A stretch of 62,485 nt of DNA from an uncultured virus (IMG/VR IMGVR_UViG_3300033076_001104) (IMGVR_UViG_3300033076_001104); one strand, 5' to 3'. Counted from the first letter of the stretch, positions 39,532 through 49,867 are shown. Numbers and translations are program-made. Notes: generated from the sequence alone by a model not told the origin.

Positions 39532-40215
39532 TTATTTGGATAAAAATCTATCTAAATTTCCCATTAATTTCTTCATTCTATCTGTTGATACGGGTTCTTC
39601 TTGTATAGACTCTTGATATTGTTCTCTCTCCGATGGGTCTGAAAATACATATGCACCAGGAGTAGATGGAGACGATACTAAATCAAAACATACTAATTCA
39701 AAATCTTCTTGTACTATGTTTTGACCTTTTACATTTTTTAATGAACCAACACCTCTAGATGATATACCTAAAGTTGCTCCATTCATTATTAACATTGCTG
39801 CTTGGTCTCCCTTTGTAGAAACTATACCCATCTTCTTCCAACCAGGAGAAGTGAATAATTTTATTTTACCCATTAACATTTTACCATCCCACCATGTCTC
39901 AGTTATTGAGTGGGAAACTCTGTCTAGGTCAATTAAAGATGAGGATGGGTGATTTAGTTCGTTTAATGCACCACCTTTTTTAATAAGATTTTGGTATTTT
40001 TCATTTTCCCTTTTTAATATTACTTCAGGATAAATTCTACCGTTTTTATTTGGTGTGTCGAACTTTTGTAAAACGGCATAAAGAATAAGGTCTTCAGAGA
40101 AGTCCATATTCTTCATTTCCGATATGATTTTTTTATTATCGTCAGGGGAAACATGACCAGCGTCATATTCAACAAGTATACCTTTCCCCGTTTCGTTTGG
40201 TCCTAATATTTTCAT
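39532..40215 (-). CDS. Prohead protease (T4 gp21-like)
   Basis: NKNGRIYP, ELNHP, VSH, GISSRGVGS, FDLVSSPSTPGAY. Confidence 0.93.
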   Translation of the reverse strand: MKILGPNETGKGILVEYDAGHVSPDDNKKIISEMKNMDFSEDLILYAVLQKFDTPNKNGRIYPEVILKRENEKYQNLIKKGGALNELNHPSSSLIDLDRVSHSITETWWDGKMLMGKIKLFTSPGWKKMGIVSTKGDQAAMLIMNGATLGISSRGVGSLKNVKGQNIVQEDFELVCFDLVSSPSTPGAYVFSDPSEREQYQESIQEEPVSTDRMKKLMGNLDRFLSK

Positions 40216-40257
40216 TTAATATAGTAATTATACCATATAAATACATCAATATGTAGG

Positions 40258-40683
40258 TTATTTTTTGTTTTTATTGAAGTTAAATAGGTTTTTATCTGTT
40301 AAACCTTCACAAATCACCCTTTCGAGTAAATCTTTCATCATAATTTTTGTGTTTTTTGATTTCACATCTAAAAATTTTTCGACGTATAATGTAATCTCTA
40401 AACACATGAATGACCTCTTTTCTAATTTGATACCTTTTGTTTTAATATCTAAATCTACTATACATTGAGGTTTAAAATTTTCATTTTGTAAATTGTAAAT
40501 TAGTTCTTTTATTGAACGTCTTGTTTTATTTATCAAATGATCATAATCATCATTTTCAGTTTTTGGTTCTACCCAGGATTTTAAGTTCAAATAAATTGTT
40601 TTTAAATTTTTTGAATCGACGGTTCCATATCCGATTTTAACATTGTTGTATTCTCCTATTGAGATATACTTTCCAGTTTTCAT
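40258..40683 (-). CDS. Hypothetical protein
   Basis: 141-aa ORF in head module. Confidence 0.6.
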   Translation of the reverse strand: MKTGKYISIGEYNNVKIGYGTVDSKNLKTIYLNLKSWVEPKTENDDYDHLINKTRRSIKELIYNLQNENFKPQCIVDLDIKTKGIKLEKRSFMCLEITLYVEKFLDVKSKNTKIMMKDLLERVICEGLTDKNLFNFNKNKK

Positions 40684-40790
40684 TTATCATAAAATATTAT
40701 TTTTATTATGGTGTGTATTTTTTTAAAAAATAATGAAAAATATTTGGAATAAAAAATATTTTATGTATATTTTTAATATACTTATATATT

Positions 40791-40976
40791 ATGTTAATAA
40801 TTGAAGTCACTAAAAACATCGAAACGGCACTAAAAGTGTATAAAAGTAAGGTTATGAAAACCAAACAAATCCAAAAATTGAGGGAGAGACAAGAATTTGT
40901 AAAACCTTCAGTTATAAGAAGGGATGAACTTTTAAAAGCAAAGTACGTTCAACAGAAAAAAAATGGTCTCGATTAA
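40791..40976 (+). CDS. rpsU: Ribosomal protein bS21 (Bacteroidota-type)
   Basis: MLIIEV..NIETALK.YK.K..KT..IQKLRERQEFVKPSV.RR....KA.Y.Q matches the bS21 pattern (ALKRF/YK, LR.R..F.KPS). Confidence 0.85.
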   Translation: MLIIEVTKNIETALKVYKSKVMKTKQIQKLRERQEFVKPSVIRRDELLKAKYVQQKKNGLD

Positions 40977-41710
40977 TCAAGACCATTTTTTAATTCTACC
41001 AATCTAAAGTAATTTATTCGAGAAGCTCCTTTATTATTTACTTCATCTTTTACATTAGTCAATTTAGTTTTCATATCATCATCTGTTGATTCGGTTAATA
41101 TCGAATCTATCTTTGATAATATTGACTCTTTTAATTCACTAGTTTTAGATTGTAACTCTTCGTTTGTTAGTGATAGGATACCTTTTAATTCTTCTTTCTG
41201 TTCGTTAGTTAAAGTGTTGTTGTAAACTGCGTTGAAATCATTTACTAAAACAGTATGTAATAATTTTTCGTTTGGTACGAAAATTCCACTTTGTTCTTCT
41301 TTAACATTTTTCTTTTTTGTCAAATGTTCGACTAATTTTCTTTTAGCGATCACTTTCTTATCAATATTACTTAAACTATCGTTTTCACATAGTTGATCTA
41401 TTGTGTTATATAATTCATGTTCATCAGATTCAATTCCTGATAACTTCTCTTCTAATTTACCACAGAATTCTAATACATTATTGAATTTTTCTTTCAATAC
41501 TTTATTTAATTCCTCAACATATAATTTTGCAATCTCTTTATCTTCAATATATTTGTTCTCGATTTCTTCATAAAACAAATACAATTCTTTAAAGTCTTTA
41601 TTAGATTTCAAAGTTTTAACTATATCTTTTACTTCAGATTTATTTTCTGATGCATAAGATTCAACTAGTTTTTTTAATATTTTACTTTTTATTTTACCAA
41701 TCCCGTTCAT
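40973..41710 (-). CDS. Hypothetical head-module protein
   Basis: 245-aa helical ORF directly downstream of the portal gene. Confidence 0.6.
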   Translation of the reverse strand: MNGIGKIKSKILKKLVESYASENKSEVKDIVKTLKSNKDFKELYLFYEEIENKYIEDKEIAKLYVEELNKVLKEKFNNVLEFCGKLEEKLSGIESDEHELYNTIDQLCENDSLSNIDKKVIAKRKLVEHLTKKKNVKEEQSGIFVPNEKLLHTVLVNDFNAVYNNTLTNEQKEELKGILSLTNEELQSKTSELKESILSKIDSILTESTDDDMKTKLTNVKDEVNNKGASRINYFRLVELKNGLD

Positions 41711-41712
41711 TT

Positions 41713-43530
41713 TTAATCGTTTAAAATGTCTTTTATTTTGTTTTCTATTTCATAAATATTCTGTTGAGCCTTATTCATATCGAATAAATCATCAAAACTT
41801 AAAGTTTCTTCACCCAACATACCTAATATTTTAGATTTTCTACTTTCACTCAACGGTTCACCTCCTCCGGCATCGGCTGCTGGCGGTGGCGGTGTACCCA
41901 TTCCTCCACCCATATCTCCACCTGCTGGTGATTCACCGGTTTGTCCTGATGCCTCCATTGCTTCTCTTTCATCTTCAGAAATACCATATTTTGCATCAAC
42001 ATCATCGAATACACCCGAACGTTTAATAACATTTTGTGTATTAGTTAATTCAAATCCCATCGCTCTTTCAAGACGTTGTTGTTGTAAATCCAATATAACT
42101 TCAGAATCACTCATACCTAGAATATTCTTCTTAGCCCATGTGTGTGATACTGGTAAAATACCGATTTGAGATTGGTCAGATGTTGCATCTTTATAAAGAG
42201 TGATTTTTTCTTTCCACTGTTCAATACGTAATAAATCAGATTGTGCAGATGGGTTAGTTAATGATAATGAGAAATTACCTAATTCATCTTCTAAACCTAA
42301 TAGATATAAATGAATAAGTGCAATCTTATTTAACTCTTGTATTAATGACTTTTGAATTTTATTAATAGTTCTTGCAAAACGAATGTCCATTAATGCAAGT
42401 GTCTTACCTTCACCAACAACCTCTTCAAAACCTAAGAACGCTTTGGGGATACGTAATGCCGCTAATAATTTCTTTTGAATATATTCAATATCCGCAATCT
42501 CACCTAAGTTCTGTGCACCTGGTAACGTTTCAATTGGATTTGTTTGTGATGGGTCACGAACAGGAATGAAATAATCTTGGTCTACCGCCATTTGATTATA
42601 TCTCATGTCCACTTGACCATTACGTGGATCAGCAATTTGGTCTCTTTTAAATTTATTTGCAACACGTTGTACATATGGCTCAATATCCTTATCATCCATA
42701 TTACCAACGAATACTTTGAATACACGTCTTTCAGGTGCTCTCGATGTTCTGTAAATTAACATTGCATCTTCGGCTAAAAGTAATTGTTTCCAAATTCTTC
42801 TAATCTTATCTAACATAGAAGTACCGTATGGTAACTTTCTATCATCACCTAATAATCTGAAATGTGCAATCTCCCAAGATTGAAATTCCATCTCTTTATT
42901 TTTCCATTGGAATCTCAATTCTCTTGATGGGACTTTCACATCTCTTTGTTGTCCCGGTGTTTTAGATGCCGCACCTTCAATTCTTTCAATTTCAATATTC
43001 GGTAATTGTTGACAACCAACAACACCCTTTTCTGGATCAACTTTTAAATAAACAAAATCATCACCATACTTACATAAACCTCTAGCCCACATCTGTAGAT
43101 TAGTGTTAATGTCTAACTTTTCTTTAAATAAATCCTCAAGAATATCTTTAACTCTATCTGATTCAGAATAGATTGTTAACATTTCACCTTTTTCTGATAA
43201 TGTTGTTGATTCTTCTGCATATATGTCTAATGCTGCGGATATTTCTGGTGTGAATTCCATTGATTCGTAATCATAATATGCCGCCAATCTATTTGGTTCA
43301 TAATAAACCGATTGATTGTATAACGATTGGTCTAATTTAGTCCATTTGTCGGCAACGTATTGTGATTGTTGTGCCTGTAATAGAGCCTTTTCATATTCTT
43401 CTCTACTATCAGTTTTTAACAATTCGTCTTTAGAGAAATTAAACGAAGGTGTCTCTTCTGGACGTAATTTACCAGGGAAACCAAAAACTCTCGTTAATTT
43501 CTGAAAAACTGTAAGATTATTATCTGCCAT
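41713..43530 (-). CDS. Portal protein (T4 gp20-like)
   Basis: YE.M...PEI..ALDI, EDAMLIYRTSRAPERRVF...VGNM, DYFIPVR, IETLPGAQNL, L.AL.IPK. Confidence 0.95.
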   Translation of the reverse strand: MADNNLTVFQKLTRVFGFPGKLRPEETPSFNFSKDELLKTDSREEYEKALLQAQQSQYVADKWTKLDQSLYNQSVYYEPNRLAAYYDYESMEFTPEISAALDIYAEESTTLSEKGEMLTIYSESDRVKDILEDLFKEKLDINTNLQMWARGLCKYGDDFVYLKVDPEKGVVGCQQLPNIEIERIEGAASKTPGQQRDVKVPSRELRFQWKNKEMEFQSWEIAHFRLLGDDRKLPYGTSMLDKIRRIWKQLLLAEDAMLIYRTSRAPERRVFKVFVGNMDDKDIEPYVQRVANKFKRDQIADPRNGQVDMRYNQMAVDQDYFIPVRDPSQTNPIETLPGAQNLGEIADIEYIQKKLLAALRIPKAFLGFEEVVGEGKTLALMDIRFARTINKIQKSLIQELNKIALIHLYLLGLEDELGNFSLSLTNPSAQSDLLRIEQWKEKITLYKDATSDQSQIGILPVSHTWAKKNILGMSDSEVILDLQQQRLERAMGFELTNTQNVIKRSGVFDDVDAKYGISEDEREAMEASGQTGESPAGGDMGGGMGTPPPPAADAGGGEPLSESRKSKILGMLGEETLSFDDLFDMNKAQQNIYEIENKIKDILND

Positions 43531-43573
43531 GTATATAAATAGTTTTGTTTACAATATAAACTTTAATTTTTAA

Positions 43574-45355
43574 TTAGGAAATGTTTTTCTTCTTTCCAAA
43601 TAACCATGAATACTCACTATATGATGTTTTAGGGTTATTCATCGGATTATTTTGATGAAAAAATGATGGGTCAGTTTGCATTGCACCAATTGGGTCTAAA
43701 GTACTACCATATGAATAGTGTGACTTGTTAGGTTCATATGTTCTTTCAGACATAACCCAAGACTCTAGCATCGCCTTATTTTTGGCCTCATTTCTTTGTA
43801 AAAGATTGAATGATATATCTCCAGCATAAAGTGCCATAGACATACTCATGATAGCGTCATCATGTGCACCTTTCATATGGTCAGGTCTACCATTGATATA
43901 AACGAACGTGTTTAATTCGTTTAATAATCTATTTGACCTAACTTGAAAACCTTTTCTTATCTGTTCTTCAAATGCTGCAACTATTTGTGTTCGTTTATTA
44001 TTAAAGTTAAGACCCGGAATCTTTTCCATTGCCTTTTTATTGTACTCCCATATATTTTGGGTATTAATACCATCAACAAACAGATTCTTGTAATTTAATT
44101 CTTGTAGTTTACGAGATGTTGCAATACCCATACCTCCTGTTATATCGATAACAATAAATGCATCATATAATGTCCCCCATTTGTAACAAATATTTGCCAA
44201 ATCATCTGGTGGTATTTTACCCACATATTCTAATACTTGTTCTCTATCGTCAAAATCAACAACACTAATTGCAGAAAAATCTTCACTATCACCCCTACTA
44301 ACATCGACACCCATAATATAACGATGTCCTTGAATTGGTTCTTTCCATTGCCACATGGTACCATTCATGTATTTTTCTTTAGGTTCCCTAATTTGATTTT
44401 TCCTAATCTCCTGTTGTAAATCACCAGGAATTACACCATCACCCGAACCTAAGAAGTCACATTCCAACTCTTGTGCAATTTTACGTCTATCAAATTTGAA
44501 TTTTTTAGACATAGATTCAAACCAAGATGAAAATGGTTTATATCCTTGTTCTTCGTATTCACGATATTTTTCAATGTCGAATTCGGTCATTACAACCTCA
44601 TCATCATTATATTGTTCACGATTTAACATGTAATGACAGATATCATCACATTTAACCCATCTTAAATCTTTAGTGTAACGAGGGTCTTTAAACCATCTTA
44701 AATCCGTAATATGGAAGTCATTCATTTTACGAATTGCTTGGTCATAAACACCATAGTAAATTGGGTCATAACCATTAGGTGTTGAAATCAAAATAATCTT
44801 ACCACCCGTAGATAAAGACGCCATAGATGCTGCCCAAAAATCTTCACCTGCTTCAATATATGCAGCCTCGTCAAATATTAGAATTGTTGGTGTGTAACCA
44901 CGTAATGCATCACCTGATGTCGCAACTGCCTTAACTTCACAACCATTGTTTAATCTAAATCTACTCTCAGAGTTTTTATCAGGAGAAAACCCAACATTTA
45001 ACCATTCAGGCCATTGTTCTAAAAACCCTCTTATTTTGTTTGCTAATTCAATTGCGGTATCTCTTTTATTTGCAATACATAAAACTCTTTCAGGTTTATC
45101 TGGTTTAGCTAATTGTAATTTTCTAGATACCCACGCTGCTGTTACCGTTGATACACCTGCTTGTCTATATTTTTTTGTGATGTTTTCATTATAATTCTCA
45201 TAATCCAAAATCAATTGTTCTTGATCAGGAAATAAAACTAATGGAACATAATTTTTCTGAGTATTGTCGTATGTCTTCAAATATGTTCTTAACGCATATG
45301 GTGCGTCTTTCATAATTTTTGCATACTCCGCTAATTGTTCTAATCTTGAATTCAT
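43574..45355 (-). CDS. terL: Terminase large subunit (T4 gp17-like)
   Basis: RQAGVST Walker-A-like, LIFDEAA Walker B, ISTPNG, QELECDFLGSG, GVDVSRG, HDDAIM nuclease aspartates. Confidence 0.93.
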   Translation of the reverse strand: MNSRLEQLAEYAKIMKDAPYALRTYLKTYDNTQKNYVPLVLFPDQEQLILDYENYNENITKKYRQAGVSTVTAAWVSRKLQLAKPDKPERVLCIANKRDTAIELANKIRGFLEQWPEWLNVGFSPDKNSESRFRLNNGCEVKAVATSGDALRGYTPTILIFDEAAYIEAGEDFWAASMASLSTGGKIILISTPNGYDPIYYGVYDQAIRKMNDFHITDLRWFKDPRYTKDLRWVKCDDICHYMLNREQYNDDEVVMTEFDIEKYREYEEQGYKPFSSWFESMSKKFKFDRRKIAQELECDFLGSGDGVIPGDLQQEIRKNQIREPKEKYMNGTMWQWKEPIQGHRYIMGVDVSRGDSEDFSAISVVDFDDREQVLEYVGKIPPDDLANICYKWGTLYDAFIVIDITGGMGIATSRKLQELNYKNLFVDGINTQNIWEYNKKAMEKIPGLNFNNKRTQIVAAFEEQIRKGFQVRSNRLLNELNTFVYINGRPDHMKGAHDDAIMSMSMALYAGDISFNLLQRNEAKNKAMLESWVMSERTYEPNKSHYSYGSTLDPIGAMQTDPSFFHQNNPMNNPKTSYSEYSWLFGKKKNIS

Positions 45356-45369
45356 ATATAATAAATACG

Positions 45370-45393
45370 AAAAAAGGTGGATTAACCACCTTT
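45370..45393 (-). terminator. Intrinsic terminator upstream of terL
   Basis: Minus strand AAAGGTGG-TTAAT-CCACCTTTTTT. Confidence 0.7.
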
Positions 45394-45395
45394 AA

Positions 45396-46757
45396 TTATC
45401 TTCTTGGTACTAATTCACCTCCATCATCATCCTCATTATCGTCGTCATAATTGTCTGATAAGTCAACACCTAAATTACTTAAAAAGTCCCTTAAATCATC
45501 ATCATCTGTCTCGTTAGATGTATCTTCTAAGTCATTTCTAAACATTGCAACAGATTCTTCATAATCTTGATCATTGAACATTTTATTGATACCATCCATT
45601 AATTCATTCATCATTCTTTTACCTTTATCTGAACCAGATAAAACTTCTTTCATGAATACTAAGAATTTCTTAGCCGGTAATTTGAAGATTTCAACGAGTA
45701 AATAATTTTGTAATTCTACTTTGTTTTCATCTGTTAAGATGTCTTCAGGAAATTGATTTCTAATTCTGTCCCAAATTGCTGGACCTAATCTCAAATCCCA
45801 CATTTCTTTTTCTAATGTATCTTCAGAATCTTCTACGTCATCAAAACTATTTTCATCTTCAGGTCTTCCTTGAATTGCAAATAATTCTAAAGTCCCTTTA
45901 ATTAATTCGTGAACTAACACAGGGAAATTGATACCTCTTGCAATAACCTTTGCGGTACCATCTTCATCTTCAGGTCTTTCTACACTTTCTTTACCTGCTG
46001 CAGAATTACCTAAACCTTTGATAATATCGTCACTAACTTGCCAATATGTCAAATCATTAATTGACATTAACGTACCATATAAGTTAAGGATATTTGGGTT
46101 ACCTGTGATTTGTTCTAATCTATCAGGTACTAAATGAAACATGTAATGTCCCTTTTTTGATGCTCCTTGAATGATAGAATTAATCATTCTTCTTTTTGCT
46201 CTCTCTAAATCTAAATTTTGTAATTCATTGAAAATTTCGATTTCATTTTCAACATCTACTTGTTCAGGATTTTCTTGATTTTCTTCATCATGACCGAAAT
46301 CTTCCATATCAATTTCACCCATACCAACGATTTTAGCATCGAATTCAATTGCACCCTCAGGAATACCCATTTCTTTCATTACTAATTCAACTGCCAATTG
46401 TTCTAATTCTTCTTTATGATTAGATTCAAGTTGTACAATTGTATTATGTGCATTCATTAATGTATGTTGAAGTTGCATCACTCCATTCATACCTTGTTGT
46501 GTAGGTGTTCTATCACCAAGATATCTTCTTAAGTTTGCAACAACTTGTCTATATCTTTCTGATGCTAAAACTTCTTGGAAATTTTTGTTTGGTTCTTCTC
46601 CGGTGGAAGGTAAAGGAACCTTCTTTAATGGAGTGTCACCCTGTGCCAATTTATCCTGTAAACCTTGGTCGGGTCTATCAGGTGTATCAAAATCCATTGC
46701 CATTTCTTTAATATTATTTTCTATTAAAGATAACAAATTTTTTTTATTTATTTGCAT
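45396..46757 (-). CDS. Hypothetical protein (acidic, putative head-associated)
   Basis: 453-aa ORF; KRR.IN..IQG and ARGINFPVLVHELIKG, E.WDLRLGP motifs; N-terminal LIE/IKE sites. Confidence 0.6.
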   Translation of the reverse strand: MQINKKNLLSLIENNIKEMAMDFDTPDRPDQGLQDKLAQGDTPLKKVPLPSTGEEPNKNFQEVLASERYRQVVANLRRYLGDRTPTQQGMNGVMQLQHTLMNAHNTIVQLESNHKEELEQLAVELVMKEMGIPEGAIEFDAKIVGMGEIDMEDFGHDEENQENPEQVDVENEIEIFNELQNLDLERAKRRMINSIIQGASKKGHYMFHLVPDRLEQITGNPNILNLYGTLMSINDLTYWQVSDDIIKGLGNSAAGKESVERPEDEDGTAKVIARGINFPVLVHELIKGTLELFAIQGRPEDENSFDDVEDSEDTLEKEMWDLRLGPAIWDRIRNQFPEDILTDENKVELQNYLLVEIFKLPAKKFLVFMKEVLSGSDKGKRMMNELMDGINKMFNDQDYEESVAMFRNDLEDTSNETDDDDLRDFLSNLGVDLSDNYDDDNEDDDGGELVPRR

Positions 46758-47370
46758 TTTTGTCTTCTTTTAACGCCTTTGGTTTAGGATTTTTTCCTGG
46801 ACCTGGTTGATAAGGTGTTTTTGGTTTTGTACCCGGGTCAACTTTAGGTTTTGTTGGAGCAGGTTTTGTTGTTGGTGCTGCCTCTTTTACTTCCGTATTA
46901 GAAATTGCGTCATAACTCATAAATTCAGGAATACCATTGTGGCCTTTTTTAACGTTTGGTCCCACCTCAACCTCATTCAATTTAACACCAATCAATTCCA
47001 TGATTTCATTTTTTGATGTGAATGAGTGAAAATTACTTTCGGCAACAGTCTCTAACCATTCCTTTACCTCTTTCTTTTGACCCTTTAATATTTTAAAATC
47101 TTGAGCGTCAATCTTACCGTTATGATTTTTATCTAACTTTTTTTGGTTTCCTTTTAACTCTTCTCCATCTTCACCCTCATATACTTCAAAAGGTTTTTTA
47201 GCTCTTTTTAATTCATCTTGAGTTTTAGTGTCGGTTGCAGATACCTTAGTGATACCCTCACCAATAATTCTTTCGTACAAAGTTGAAAGTTGTTTATCTG
47301 AAAATCTAACCAATGTTTTCTCTGTGAATCCTTCGTTAATTAATGATTCAACAATTTCGTTTCTTTTCAT
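46744..47370 (-). CDS. Hypothetical head-associated protein with single EF-hand-like loop
   Basis: LDKNHNGKIDAQDF; Pro-rich C-terminus; several LxE sites. Confidence 0.6.
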   Translation of the reverse strand: MKRNEIVESLINEGFTEKTLVRFSDKQLSTLYERIIGEGITKVSATDTKTQDELKRAKKPFEVYEGEDGEELKGNQKKLDKNHNGKIDAQDFKILKGQKKEVKEWLETVAESNFHSFTSKNEIMELIGVKLNEVEVGPNVKKGHNGIPEFMSYDAISNTEVKEAAPTTKPAPTKPKVDPGTKPKTPYQPGPGKNPKPKALKEDKNANK

Positions 47371-47768
47371 GACTCTTTGAATTTTATTTCTTCTTTTAAT
47401 AATTGATAATTTCTTTGTTTTAGTTTTTTTGTGACAGATTCAACACTTTCTCCAAATCTAAACGATAATCTATCGAACTCATTGTCAAAATCGAATTTTT
47501 CCCACGCTAATGATATTACACCATCCACAGCATCAATAACTCCGAAATAATCGGAGTCTTGAATTAATTCTAATTTTAAATCTGTATTTTTCAGTAAACC
47601 AACTAAGTCAACATATTGAATTTCAGGTGATTTACTTTGTTGTGTTGCCGACGCTGGTATGATAAACCACTCCTCTATGTCAAGATCGGTAGATTTACTA
47701 AAAATAAATTCATACTGTTTCTGACCTTTATAGTCTGAACCAATTTCATTAACATAGATTAAAACCAT
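47367..47768 (-). CDS. Hypothetical protein
   Basis: 133-aa ORF, coupled overlaps on both sides. Confidence 0.65.
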   Translation of the reverse strand: MVLIYVNEIGSDYKGQKQYEFIFSKSTDLDIEEWFIIPASATQQSKSPEIQYVDLVGLLKNTDLKLELIQDSDYFGVIDAVDGVISLAWEKFDFDNEFDRLSFRFGESVESVTKKLKQRNYQLLKEEIKFKES

Positions 47769-47770
47769 TA

Positions 47771-48781
47771 TTAGTTAAAATATTTACTTAATTTTTCACC
47801 AATTGCTTGAGTTATTTCGGCATTGATTTCATCTAAGTCGATTTCTTTAATTTCGTCTTCTTGATTCATTTCATCGATATCAGCATATGATGATAAATCA
47901 ATCTCCTCTTCAACCTCAGAATCGAAACCTGAATTAATAAATGCTTCTAAAGCGTCTATACCATCTGATTCACCTAAATCTTCTTCAGGTGCTGGTTCTT
48001 CAGCTGGAACATCTTCACCACCCATTTCAGGTTCTTCAGCCGGAACATCTTCTTCACCACCCATTTCATCTTCTTCTCTTTCGAATTTCTTACCGATTTC
48101 TTCGATGTCCTCGTCATCTAACTTATCTAAGTCAACTGCGGAGATAATCATATTCAAAACGTATTTGATATCATCACTCTCCATTTTGTCTTGTTGGTCT
48201 CTCAATTCTTGTCCTAATTTTCCTGCAAACTTTTGAACTTCCGCCATATAGTCAGAACGTTTTGATTCTCCACCTTCTTCAGAACCCATATCCATTGATG
48301 GTTCTTCTGTTGATGGTTCTTCTGCCGGTAATTCCGCAGTTGGTTCTTCAGCTGGTAACTCAGATGTTGGTTCCTCAGCACCAACTGGAGGTAAATCCAT
48401 AGATGGTTCGGCCGCAGGGGCTTCTTCTTGTGATGGTTTGGTTTTTAAGACATATTTTGTTGCCTCTTGTAACTCTTCCTGACCCTTCAAAAGATCCATT
48501 CTCTTTAATGCTTCAGCATATGAAGAGAATTTGTTTTTATTTTTCATGAATAAACCACCGATATAATCGAGTGATGATTCATTTAAACCTCTTTTCACAT
48601 AGTAACCATCTTTTTCTTTTACTATACCATAAACACCACCAGTTTTAGATTCAGTAACAATCTCTGGTCTGTTATTTGAAGTTTTTTTGTTTTGATTGTT
48701 GTAGTATGTTAACTCAAGGATACGCTTCATTTTGTCGTCACCTTGTAATTTTTCACTACCGATTGGTTTTAAATCTGCCAT
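47771..48781 (-). CDS. Hypothetical acidic head-associated protein
   Basis: YGIVKEKDGYYVK domain, PAEEP repeats, many LxE sites; late motif upstream. Confidence 0.6.
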   Translation of the reverse strand: MADLKPIGSEKLQGDDKMKRILELTYYNNQNKKTSNNRPEIVTESKTGGVYGIVKEKDGYYVKRGLNESSLDYIGGLFMKNKNKFSSYAEALKRMDLLKGQEELQEATKYVLKTKPSQEEAPAAEPSMDLPPVGAEEPTSELPAEEPTAELPAEEPSTEEPSMDMGSEEGGESKRSDYMAEVQKFAGKLGQELRDQQDKMESDDIKYVLNMIISAVDLDKLDDEDIEEIGKKFEREEDEMGGEEDVPAEEPEMGGEDVPAEEPAPEEDLGESDGIDALEAFINSGFDSEVEEEIDLSSYADIDEMNQEDEIKEIDLDEINAEITQAIGEKLSKYFN

Positions 48782-48851
48782 TTTTCAAAAATTAAGATTA
48801 TCTTATTCTTAACCTATAAATACATAGATATATAGAAAAAAATAAGGTTCT

Positions 48852-49625
48852 TTATTGTGTTATGGACAATTTCTTGTCCGTTATTGTGTTTTTTAAATTC
48901 AAAAGTTTCTCAATATACCCGTTTCTTCTTAGTAATTTGAATGTTAAGTTTTCATAAGAATACTCTCCACCGCTCTCTAAACCACTCTGTCTAAATTTTT
49001 TTATTTTTTTTCTTAACTCTTCTATTTTAGGTATGATGTTTTCAGAATCACTTTTTGAAACTAAAAAATCAATTTTTTTTCCAAATTCTTCACCTTTTTC
49101 TAAAATCTTTCTATCATCAATGTTTGGTGTTTCTTTTTTAGGTTCGATTACCCATTCGTCATTCAAGACAGAATAAACCCCTGAGGATATGTGTGGTTCC
49201 TTGACATCTTGAACATAAAGTTCTACATCAAATCCTTTAATTTTAATATTATGTTTTTCATTCCATATGTTTTTTTTGGCATCAAAAAATTCTTTGATAA
49301 TATCAATAAAGGATTTTGACCCGTCGTTACCCTCAATTTCTTCAAAATCAATTAAAATATGTAAATCAACATCAGAATATTCGGACCAATTATAATTTGA
49401 TAGGGAACCTGTTAAGACTATATCGTGAATAAAGAAATCCACACCTAAAGAATCGGTGAAGTTATCTGAAATCTCCAACAAACGTTTTCTAATTTCAGAT
49501 TTCATTTTAAATGAATCCTCAGATTTGTCAAATATATCTAAACACAAAGAATCTTTGGTTTTAAATGATTTAACAATTTTCTGGTCTCCAACCTTGTCTT
49601 CTATAAGTTCCTCAAATAAACTCAT
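48852..49625 (-). CDS. Pol-beta-superfamily nucleotidyltransferase
   Basis: LTGSLSNYNWSEYSDVDLHIL (GS..DxD) and third acidic residue in DVELYVQD. Confidence 0.8.
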   Translation of the reverse strand: MSLFEELIEDKVGDQKIVKSFKTKDSLCLDIFDKSEDSFKMKSEIRKRLLEISDNFTDSLGVDFFIHDIVLTGSLSNYNWSEYSDVDLHILIDFEEIEGNDGSKSFIDIIKEFFDAKKNIWNEKHNIKIKGFDVELYVQDVKEPHISSGVYSVLNDEWVIEPKKETPNIDDRKILEKGEEFGKKIDFLVSKSDSENIIPKIEELRKKIKKFRQSGLESGGEYSYENLTFKLLRRNGYIEKLLNLKNTITDKKLSITQ

Positions 49626-49867
49626 GATATTTTAGTGTATTTGTGACTTTTTGAGATATTCTCATTAAAGTACTTCCCTTGAGACTTCGCCATCCTAAAT
49701 TTAGTAAACAACTCCCAAGAGACATTATTATATTCATAAATAGAACCGTTATTAAAAGTAATACCCAAATTCTTGGAATCTGTGTCATATTTTGCAGATT
49801 TCAAATTTGATGATTCGATAATAACTTCAATGATGGTACCCTCAATTCTTTCAGATAAAATTGCCAT
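49622..49867 (-). CDS. KTSC-domain protein
   Basis: SSNL....YD.....L.I.F.NG..Y.Y..V......F..A.S.GKYFN..I. Confidence 0.88.
   Translation of the reverse strand: MAILSERIEGTIIEVIIESSNLKSAKYDTDSKNLGITFNNGSIYEYNNVSWELFTKFRMAKSQGKYFNENISKSHKYTKIS

Noticed and set aside
9613..45355. Inteins or introns in PolB, terminase, portal or capsid genes
   Set aside because: ORFs are continuous, of ordinary length, and show no recognisable intein splice or LAGLIDADG motifs.
45890..45945. HELIKG as a zincin HExxH protease motif
   Set aside because: The second His is missing, so metalloprotease activity cannot be supported.
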